A DNA stretch of 64,000 nucleotides, taken from Paragordius varius. Lineage: Eukaryota > Animalia > Nematomorpha. The stretch lies in NCBI GenBank assembly GCA_964247055.1, contig OZ176054.1:682001-746000 (forward strand), given 5' to 3'. Below are positions 55,038 through 64,000 of the stretch, in pieces (the stretch's first letter is position 1; each line of letters starts with the position of its first letter). The notes below the pieces were generated by a model. That model saw only the letters and a program-made list of their open reading frames with translations. It was not told the origin of the DNA and did not search any database. A program made the position numbers and the translations under genes.

Positions 55038-56641
55038 CTTAAAAAGTGATGTTCAATATATTATTATTTTTTTAAAGAATTAGATATAACAAAAATTACC
55101 TAAGAAATTTCGGCAAACCCATATTACAGATTTCCAAGTTCTTAATTCTATATCACCCAAAAGTGACATAAACTTATCATCATCAAATAATTTCCTTATC
55201 TGAGGGCCGACAAAAATACCCTCTTTAATCTTAGAGTCCGATATCTTGGGAAATATCTGACTAAGATATTGAAATCCACGAGTGTCTAACTTCGCCATTG
55301 CTTTGACCAGATTTTTTACTAATCCAAGCTTTATATGTAACGGCGGAAGTAATATATTTTTTGTATCTAACAGAGGAATTCGGCCTATGCTAAAATTACC
55401 TGGAGCATAATCATTACGCATAGGAAAGATTTTTTGATAATGATTTGTTGTATCCCTGCTATCCCAGCAACAGAGAAAACAACAAAATTTAACAAAACCA
55501 AAATTAAGACCTGCTAGAATTGCGGTTACTTTTAAATCCGCACAAATTTGCCACTGAAACTTCGGATATTGTAACAACGTCAAAAATTTAGATAAATTTT
55601 CGTAGTTTTCCTTTTTGCAACTAGCATATGCAACAGGAATACTCGGTAAGTTGTTGTTATTATCCAAAAGGACGGCTTTAAAACTTGTTTTGGATGAATC
55701 CAAAAACAAACGCCATTCTTTGGGTTCCATTGGATATTGCAGGAAATTGAACATTCCCTCAATGTCCTGACAAAAAGTTATACCATCTTCTTCATTAAAA
55801 TATTTCGTGAGATGGTCACTGCGCCCTCTATAGGATGTGCGCACACCAAAATCCAATGCATCATATTCCGCAAGTCGAGAACCTTTAAATATAAAATACT
55901 ATACCAAGGACATCAGCGTTTCGTTTGGATAAATTTAAATCTTTAACCAAATTATCCAATGCATTTTGATTCATTTTACGTTTTACTATAGTTAGACGGG
56001 AAGTGGTGGATAAAGTTTCAACGTCGTCAGAAATTATATCTGTGTTTTCTTCCTGCCCGCTAAAAATGGGGGGTGTAGTGGACGAAGTATTGGCATATAA
56101 AATTTGTTTTTTAGCAGATTTGTTGAATGTGGAAATGTTAGAACAGCAAAAATAGCAATCCGTTATATGGTCTTTCGGTTCATGCCAGACCATAGGTTCT
56201 TCAATTTTCAAAATTTTTTTATCAGGCCATGCCAATAAACCATTGTAGCATGTTTGACATAATGAATGCGGGCTCCATGGCTTGTCTTGGTCCATTAAAG
56301 GTAGATTGAATTTCGCCTCGTAAGCAGCTTTAGCCCTTTCACTTATTTTTCGTCTTCGTGAGTTTCTGAATATGTATTGTCCACAGACGTGGCAAAACGA
56401 ATTAGGGTCCCTCAAACATTTGCGCCGCTAAAAATAAATGCATATAATAACTTCACCTGTAAAAACGCGACAGAAATACTGTTTCAAGTTATGTTATGGA
56501 TTGAAAAATGTAATTAAATTTTATTTAAACGTGCCACAATTAAAAAAGGGTAAATTTAAATTAAAAAAATTGATTATATTGAATTTATTTAACTATAAAA
56601 TGTTCTAATATAATATAAAAAATCACCTCATTGGAATTCAT
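54730..56641 (-). CDS. Chapaev3-like DDE transposase; spliced model join(56641-56627, 56427-55905, 55882-55100, 55037-54730), 1,629 nt, 542 aa
   Basis: Exon phases sum to a complete frame with no internal stop. N-terminal Cys/His cluster (FCHVCG..DQDKPWSPH..CQTC..WHEPKDHITDCYFC). Likely catalytic residues lie in LFLDSS, ICADLK and SDEQGERFHQ. Also CFLC (C2C), LPPLHIKLG and MSLKIHFLHAH. All introns are GT-AG. Confidence 0.85.
55038..55099 (-). other. Intron 3, 62 nt
   Basis: G|GTAATT donor, TTTTTAAG| acceptor, AT-rich; restores FLGN and the frame. Confidence 0.88.
55100..55882 (-). CDS. Transposase exon 3: catalytic core with first two Asp, C(2)C and PLHIKLG
   Basis: ORF track 55080-55856 extended upstream to (G)SRLAEYDALDFG; ends at NFL-G|GTAATT donor. 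Confidence 0.88.
55883..55904 (-). other. Intron 2, 22 nt (GTATAGTATTTTATATTTAAAG)
   Basis: GT..AG ends; removal gives VLG|SRL. It contains stops in both flanking frames and is not a multiple of 3. Confidence 0.75.
55905..56427 (-). CDS. Transposase exon 2: N-terminal Zn-binding region, linker, DLNLSK motif
   Basis: ORF track 55885-56415 extended upstream to RRKCLRDPNSFCHVCG; ends at ADVL-G|GT donor. Confidence 0.85.
56428..56626 (-). other. Predicted intron 1, 199 nt
   Basis: GAG|GTGATT donor and ATTTATTTTTAG| acceptor. The acceptor is well supported; the donor is inferred. Confidence 0.5.
56627..56641 (-). CDS. Predicted exon 1 (MNSNE) of transposase
   Basis: ATG AAT TCC AAT GAG followed by GTGATT donor. 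Phase 0 matches the acceptor TTTTTAG|CGG at 56428. Exon 2 has an in-frame TAG upstream and no in-frame ATG before the conserved Cys motif. Inferred only. Confidence 0.5.
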
Positions 56642-56884
56642 GGATATAAAATTTATGAAAGTTATTTCCGGGAAAAAAACAAATGAATGCCTTTTTTGCT
56701 TTTCTGTTAGTTCAACATTTCAGTTTATATATATTTGTATGTTTATATTTTTTGTTTGTTGAAAAAAACTTTCGTATATTAAAAAACAAAATTTCATGAT
56801 TCATATAATCACGTACAATACATAATAAATAAATTTGCATGTTTAAAATTAATTATTTATAAATAATATATATCAAATTAATAT

Positions 56885-57055
56885 TATATATTTATTATTT
56901 TATTAATTATTTTATAAATATACTTGATTTATTCCTAAAATTAATATTTACATTTTTTAATTAATATTAATATATATTTATTATTTTATTAATTAAACTA
57001 TAAATATACTAATTTATTCCTAAAATTAATATTTACATTTTTTAATTAATATTAA
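56885..57055. repeat. Tandem duplication (86 + 85 bp) in the AT-rich upstream region of the transposon
   Basis: TATATATTTATTATTTTATTAATTA...ATTTATTCCTAAAATTAATATTTACATTTTTTAATTAATATTAA at 56885-56970 and 56971-57055. Confidence 0.92.
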
Positions 57056-57106
57056 CATTAAATTTTTCCATTTTGTTATGTATTAAAAATGGTATGGTGC
57101 CTGCAC

Positions 57107-57436
57107 GTCTCTTAATTTTTCATTGTTTTGAAACGCTATTTTTTTGGAGCTAAGTTTCGTTTTTTCCAAATAAATCAAAAAGTAGTAGAGACTTTTTAAA
57201 ATTTTAAAATGTTACATGAATTTTAAAATATAATTTGTAATATCCTCCAAAAAATAAATAATAAGCTATAAAATTCTAAAAATTATAGGGTTACAAAAAC
57301 AGGCATTTTTGATGGTTTTTGGATTTTTGAAACCTTTTAGCGGCTCGTGAAAATGTGCTAGGAAAATATTAAATATATCATTATTTTCAGAAAAAAATTC
57401 TCTATAAGATGTAGTAATTTTCACTCTGGTCTAAAA
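57107..57436 (-). repeat. Right 330-bp subterminal inverted repeat
   Basis: Reverse complement of 53825-54154, about 99% identical. Confidence 0.97.
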
Positions 57437-57440
57437 ATCG

Positions 57441-57452
57441 TGTTGCACAGTG
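57441..57452 (-). repeat. Right terminal inverted repeat TGTTGCACAGTG
   Basis: Exact reverse complement of 53798-53809; followed directly by satellite. Confidence 0.97.
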
Positions 57453-58023
57453 TTTTTAAAGTATCGTTGTAAAAATCGGATATGAAAGAGTTTGTCAAAC
57501 TATCTCTATATTTTGATGTAGTCTTACTAAGAGAATGTATAAAAAATAATTTTGTTCACCGGTGACCAATATCCGAATTTTAAGGACAAAGTTTAACTTG
57601 AGTATTGATGCGACTGGTTTAATACCATAATTTTTAAAGTATCGTTGTAAAAATCGGATATGAAAGAGTTTGTCAAACTATCTCTATATTTTCATGTAGT
57701 CTTACTAAGAGAATGTATAAAAAATAATAATTTTTCACCGGTGACCAATATCCGATTTTTAAGGACAAAGTTTAACTTGAGTATTTGCGACTTATAGATA
57801 CGACTAGTTTTATACATTAATTTATAAAGTATCGTTGTAAAAATCGGATATGAAAGAGTTTGTCAAACTATCTCTATATTTTGATGTAGTCTTACTAAGA
57901 GAATGTATAAAAAATTATTTTGTTCACCGGTGACCAATATCCGATTTTTAAGGACAAAGTTTAACTTGAGTATTGATGCGACTAGTTTAATACATTAATT
58001 TTTAAAGTATCGCTGTAAAAATA

Positions 58024-60213
58024 GGATATGAAATAGTTTGTCAAACTATCTCTATATTTTAATGTAGTCTTACTAAGAGAATGTATAAAAAATTATTTTG
58101 TTCACCGGTGACCAATATCCGATTTTTAAGGACAAAGTTTAACTTGAGTATTGATGCGACTAGTTTTATACATTAATTTTTAAAGTATCGTTGTAAAAAT
58201 CGGATATGAAAGAGTTTGTCAAACTATCTCTGTATTTTGATGTAGTCTTACTAAGAGAATGTATAAAAAATAATTTTGTTCACCGGTGACCAATATCCGA
58301 TTTTTAAGGACAAAGTTAAACTTGAGTATTGATGCGACTGGTTTAATACCATAATTTTTAAAGTATCGTTGTAAAAATTGGATATGAAAGAGTTTGTCAA
58401 ACTATCTCTATATTTTGAAGTAGTCTTACTAAGAGAATGTATAAAAAATTATTTTGTTCACCGGTGACCAATATCCGATTTTTAAGGACAAAGTTTAACT
58501 TGAGTATTTGCGACTTATAGATACGACTAGTTTTATACATTAATTTATAAAGTATCGTTGTAAAAATCGGATATGAAAGAGTTTGTCAAACTATCTCTAT
58601 ATTTTGATGTACTCTTGCTAAGAGAATGTATAAAAAACTATTTTGTTCACCGGTGACCAATATCCGATTTTTAAGGACAAAGTTTAACTTGAGTATTGAT
58701 GCGACTAGTTTAATACATTAATTTTTAAAGTATCGCTGTAAAAATAGGATATGAAATAGTTTGTCAAACTATCTCTATATTTTGATGTAGTCTTACTAAG
58801 AGAATGTATAAAAAATTATTTTGTTCACCGGTGACCAATATCCGATTTTTAAGGACAAAGTTTAACTTGAGTATTGATGCGACTAGTTTTATACATTTAT
58901 TTTTAAAGTATCGTTGTAAAAATCGGATATGAAAGAGTTTGTCAAACTATCTCTATATTTTGATGTAGTCTTACTAAGAGAATGTATAAAAAATTATTTT
59001 GTTCACCGGTGACCAATATCCGATTTTTAAGGACAAAGTTTAACTTGAGTATTTGCGACTTATAGATACGACTAGTTTTATACATTAATTTATAAAGTAT
59101 CGTTGTAAAAATCGGATATGAAATAGTTTGTCAAACTATCTCTATATTTTAATGTAGTCTTACTAAGAGAATGTATAAAAAATTATTTTGTTCACCGGTG
59201 ACCAATATCCGATTTTTAAGGACAAAGTTTAACTTGAGTATTGATGCGACTAGTTTTATACATTAATTTTTAAAGTATCGTTGTAAAAATCGGATATGAA
59301 AGAGTTTGTCAAACTATCTCTGTATTTTGATGTAGTCTTACTAAGAGAATGTATAAAAAATAATTTTGTTCACCGGTGACCAATATCCGATTTTTAAGGA
59401 CAAAGTTAAACTTGAGTATTGATGCGACTGGTTTAATACCATAATTTTTAAAGTATCGTTGTAAAAATTGGATATGAAAGAGTTTGTCAAACTATCTCTA
59501 TATTTTGAAGTAGTCTTACTAAGAGAATGTATAAAAAATTATTTTGTTCACCGGTGACCAATATCCGATTTTTAAGGACAAAGTTTAACTTGAGTATTTG
59601 CGACTTATAGATACGACTAGTTTTATACATTAATTTATAAAGTATCGTTGTAAAAATCGGATATGAAAGAGTTTGTCAAACTATCTCTATATTTTGATGT
59701 ACTCTTGCTAAGAGAATGTATAAAAAACTATTTTGTTCACCGGTGACCAATATCCGATTTTTAAGGACAAAGTTTAACTTGAGTATTGATGCGACTAGTT
59801 TAATACATTAATTTTTAAAGTATCGCTGTAAAAATAGGATATGAAATAGTTTGTCAAACTATCTCTATATTTTGATGTAGTCTTACTAAGAGAATGTATA
59901 AAAAATTATTTTGTTCACCGGTGACCAATATCCGATTTTTAAGGACAAAGTTTAACTTGAGTATTGATGCGACTAGTTTTATACATTTATTTTTAAAGTA
60001 TCGTTGTAAAAATCGGATATGAAAGAGTTTGTCAAACTATCTCTATATTTTGATGTAGTCTTACTAAGAGAATGTATAAAAAATTATTTTGTTCACCGGT
60101 GACCAATATCCGATTTTTAAGGACAAAGTTTAACTTGAGTATTTGCGACTTATAGATACGACTAGTTTTATACATTAATTTATAAAGTATCGTTGTAAAA
60201 ATCGGATATGAAA
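58024..60213. repeat. Higher-order repeat: 1,090-bp 6-mer x2
   Basis: Markers TTTTAATGTAG (58061/59151), TGTATTTTGA (58231/59321) and GATGTACTCTTG (58611/59701) are all offset by 1,090. Confidence 0.92.
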
Positions 60214-63020
60214 GAGTTTGTCAAACTATCTCTATATTTTGATGTAGTCTTGCTAAGAGAATGTATAAAAAACAATTTTGTTCACCGGTGACCAATATCC
60301 GATTTTTAAGGACAAAGTTTAATTTGAGTATTGATGCGACTAGTTTAATACCATAATTTTTAACGTATCGTTGTAAAAATCGGATATGAAAGAGTTTGTC
60401 AAACTATCTCTATATTTTGATGTAGTCTTACTAAGAGAATGTATAAAAAATTATTTTGTTCACCGGTGACCAATATCCGATTTTTAAGGACAAAGTTTAA
60501 CTTGAGTATTGATGCGACTAGTTTAATACATTAATTTTTAAAGTATCGCTGTAAAAATAGGATATGAAATAGTTTGTCAAACTATCTCTATATTTTGATG
60601 TAGTCTTACTAAGAGAATGTATAAAAAATTATTTTGTTCACCGGTGACCAATATCCGAATTTTAAGGACAAAGTTTAACTTGAGTATTGATGCGACTGGT
60701 TTAATACCATAATTTTTAAAGTATCGTTGTAAAAATCGGATATGAAAGAGTTTGTCAAACTATCTCTATATTTTGAAGTAGTCTTACTAAGAGAATGTAT
60801 AAAAAATAATAATTTTTCACCGGTGACCAATATCCGATTTTTAAGGACAAAGTTTAACTTGAGTATTTGCGACTTATAGATACGACTAGTTTTATACATT
60901 AATTTATAAAGTATCGTTGTAAAAATCGGATATGAAAGAGTTTGTCAAACTATCTCTATATTTTGATGTAGTCTTACTAAGAGAATGTATAAAAAATTAT
61001 TTTGTTCACCGGTGACCAATATCCGATTTTTAAGGACAAAGTTTAACTTGAGTATTGATGCGACTAGTTTAATACATTAATTTTTAAAGTATCGCTGTAA
61101 AAATAGGATATGAAATAGTTTGTCAAACTATCTCTATATTTTGATGTAGTCTTACTAAGAGAATGTATAAAAAATTATTTTGTTCACCGGTGACCAATAT
61201 CCGATTTTTAAGGACAAAGTTTAACTTGAGTATTGATGCGACTAGTTTTATACATTAATTTTTAAAGTATCGTTGTAAAAATCGGATATGAAAGAGTTTG
61301 TCAAACTATCTCTATATTTTGATGTAGTCTTACTAAGAGAATGTATAAAAAATAATTTTGTTCACCGGTGACCAATATCCGATTTTTAAGGACAAAGTTT
61401 AACTTGAGTATTGATGCGACTAGTTTAATACATTAATTTTTAAAGTATCGCTGTAAAAATAGGATATGAAATAGTTTGTCAAACTATCTCTATATTTTGA
61501 TGTAGTCTTACTAAGAGAATGTATAAAAAATTATTTTGTTCACCGGTGACCAATATCCGATTTTTAAGGACAAAGTTTAACTTGAGTATTGATGCGACTA
61601 GTTTTATACATTTATTTTTAAAGTATCGTTGTAAAAATCGGATATGAAAGAGTTTGTCAAACTATCTCTATATTTTGATGTAGTCTTACTAAGAGAATGT
61701 ATAAAAAATTATTTTGTTCACCGGTGACCAATATCCGATTTTTAAGGACAAAGTTTAACTTGAGTATTTGCGACTTATAGATACGACTAGTTTTATACAT
61801 TAATTTATAAAGTATCGTTGTAAAAATCGGATATGAAAGAGTTTGTCAAACTATCTCTATATTTTGATGTAGTCTTGCTAAGAGAATGTATAAAAAACAA
61901 TTTTGTTCACCGGTGACCAATATCCGATTTTTAAGGACAAAGTTTAATTTGAGTATTGATGCGACTAGTTTAATACCATAATTTTTAACGTATCGTTGTA
62001 AAAATCGGATATGAAAGAGTTTGTCAAACTATCTCTATATTTTGATGTAGTCTTACTAAGAGAATGTATAAAAAATTATTTTGTTCACCGGTGACCAATA
62101 TCCGATTTTTAAGGACAAAGTTTAACTTGAGTATTGATGCGACTAGTTTAATACATTAATTTTTAAAGTATCGCTGTAAAAATAGGATATGAAATAGTTT
62201 GTCAAACTATCTCTATATTTTGATGTAGTCTTACTAAGAGAATGTATAAAAAATTATTTTGTTCACCGGTGACCAATATCCGAATTTTAAGGACAAAGTT
62301 TAACTTGAGTATTGATGCGACTGGTTTAATACCATAATTTTTAAAGTATCGTTGTAAAAATCGGATATGAAAGAGTTTGTCAAACTATCTCTATATTTTG
62401 AAGTAGTCTTACTAAGAGAATGTATAAAAAATAATAATTTTTCACCGGTGACCAATATCCGATTTTTAAGGACAAAGTTTAACTTGAGTATTTGCGACTT
62501 ATAGATACGACTAGTTTTATACATTAATTTATAAAGTATCGTTGTAAAAATCGGATATGAAAGAGTTTGTCAAACTATCTCTATATTTTGATGTAGTCTT
62601 ACTAAGAGAATGTATAAAAAATTATTTTGTTCACCGGTGACCAATATCCGATTTTTAAGGACAAAGTTTAACTTGAGTATTGATGCGACTAGTTTAATAC
62701 ATTAATTTTTAAAGTATCGCTGTAAAAATAGGATATGAAATAGTTTGTCAAACTATCTCTATATTTTGATGTAGTCTTACTAAGAGAATGTATAAAAAAT
62801 TATTTTGTTCACCGGTGACCAATATCCGATTTTTAAGGACAAAGTTTAACTTGAGTATTGATGCGACTAGTTTTATACATTAATTTTTAAAGTATCGTTG
62901 TAAAAATCGGATATGAAAGAGTTTGTCAAACTATCTCTATATTTTGATGTAGTCTTACTAAGAGAATGTATAAAAAATAATTTTGTTCACCGGTGACCAA
63001 TATCCGATTTTTAAGGACAA
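59740..63020. repeat. Higher-order repeat: 1,625-bp 9-mer x2
   Basis: Identical pseudo-ORFs at 60675 and 62300; markers CCGAATTTT, AAACAATTTTG and ATACATTTAT are offset by 1,625. Confidence 0.9.
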
Positions 63021-64000
63021 AGTTAAACTTGAGTATTGATGCGACTGGTTTAATACCATAATTTTTAAAGTATCGTTGTAAAAATTGGATATGAAAGAGT
63101 TTGTCAAACTTTCTCTATATTTTGAAGTAGTCTTACTAAGAGAATGTATAAAAAATTATTTTGTTCACCGGTGACCAATATCCGATTTTTAAGGACAAAG
63201 TTTAACTTGAGTATTTGCGACTTATAGATACGACTAGTTTTATACATTAATTTATAAAGTATCGTTGTAAAAATCGGATATGAAAGAGTTTGTCAAACTA
63301 TCTCTATATTTTGATGTAGTCTTGCTAAGAGAATGTATAAAAAACTATTTTGTTCACCGGTGACCAATATCCGATTTTTAAGGACAATGTTTAACTTGAG
63401 GATTGATGCGACTAGTTTAATACATTAATTTTTAAAGTATCGTTGTAAAAATCGGATATGAAAGAGTTTGTCAAACTATCTCTATATTTTGATGTAGTCT
63501 TACTAAGAGAATGTATAAAAAATTATTTTGTTCACCGGTGACCAATATCCGATTTTTAAGGACAAAGTTTAACTTGAGTATTGATGCGACTAGTTTAATA
63601 CATTAATTTATAAAGTATCGTTGTAAAAATCGGATATGAAAGAGTTTGTCAAACTATCTCTATATTTTGATGTAGTCTTGCTAAGAGAATGTATAAAAAA
63701 CTTTTTTCTTCACCGGTGACCAATATCCGATTTTTAAGGACAAAGTTTAACTTGAGTATTGATGCGACTAGTTTAATACATTAATTTTTAAAGTATCGTT
63801 GTAAAAATCGGATATGAAACAGTTTGTCAAACTATCTCTATATTTTGATGTAGTCTTACTAAGAGAATGTATAAAAAATTATTTTGTTCACCGGTGACCA
63901 ATATCCGATTTTTAAGGACAAAGTTTAACTTGAGTATTGATGCGACTAGTTTAATACATTAATTTTTAACGTATCGTTGTAAAAATCGGATATGAAAGAG

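Larger units (their letters stand above)
53798..57452 (-). mobile_element. Full-length, putatively autonomous DNA transposon, Chapaev3-like (CMC group), 3,655 bp
   Basis: 12-bp perfect terminal inverted repeats CACTGTGCAACA/TGTTGCACAGTG, 330-bp subterminal inverted repeats, 3-bp target duplication, and an internal DDE transposase gene with C(2)C and H(3-4)H-type motifs. CAC termini plus a 3-bp TSD fit Chapaev3. Family call is from recalled motifs. Confidence 0.9.
57453..64000. repeat. Satellite DNA array (right arm), same 178-bp family and orientation
   Basis: Resumes mid-monomer (TTTTTAAAGTATCGTTG) exactly where the left arm was cut. It shares diagnostic variants with 51-53.8 kb (ATAGGATATGAAATAG, TATTTGCGACTTATAGATACG). 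Confidence 0.99.

Noticed and set aside
55580-55762. 60-aa ORF overlapping the transposase in another frame
   Set aside because: Shadow frame of exon 3; no independent evidence.
55737-55946. 69-aa plus-strand ORF
   Set aside because: Antisense shadow of the transposase; no recognisable motif.
54730-56415. Frameshifted pseudogene interpretation of the three ORF pieces
   Set aside because: Both frame breaks are bounded by GT..AG and restore the frame exactly; only the 22-nt intron leaves doubt.
54730-56641. RAG1/ProtoRAG or Transib identity suggested by CAC heptamer ends
   Set aside because: The TSD is 3 bp, not 5 bp. There is no RAG2-like ORF, and the protein motifs fit Chapaev3 rather than RAG1 core or Transib.
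56681-56733. TATA box (TATAAA) plus Inr-like TCATTT upstream of the ATG
   Set aside because: Spacing is about 45 bp rather than about 30, and both motifs are common in AT-rich DNA.
60675-60899. 74-aa minus-strand ORF
   Set aside because: Pure satellite sequence; a chance open frame from a +1 variant.
62300-62524. Identical 74-aa ORF
   Set aside because: HOR copy (1,625-bp offset) of the previous chance ORF.

Overview
Eukaryotic, AT-rich (~26% GC) window. About 94% is one head-to-tail satellite array: 178-bp consensus monomer, with 175-, 189- and 191-bp variants and local higher-order repeats whose period shifts along the array. The array is interrupted once by a 3,655-bp cut-and-paste DNA transposon (53798-57452). 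It has CACTGTGCAACA termini, 330-bp subterminal inverted repeats and a 3-bp TTT target duplication. Its minus-strand, 4-exon transposase gene can be spliced by hand into an uninterrupted 542-aa protein of Chapaev3 (CMC group) type. The most notable points are: a 22-nt GT-AG intron that is required for the ORF; an exact 11-bp offset between the two element ends (12/23-like geometry next to an RSS-like heptamer); a dyad-rich satellite monomer; and sequence resemblance between the monomer and the transposon end. There are no host genes, RNA genes or CRISPR arrays. The other ORF-track entries look spurious. All alignments and counts were done by eye; the family assignment is from recalled motifs, not a database search.
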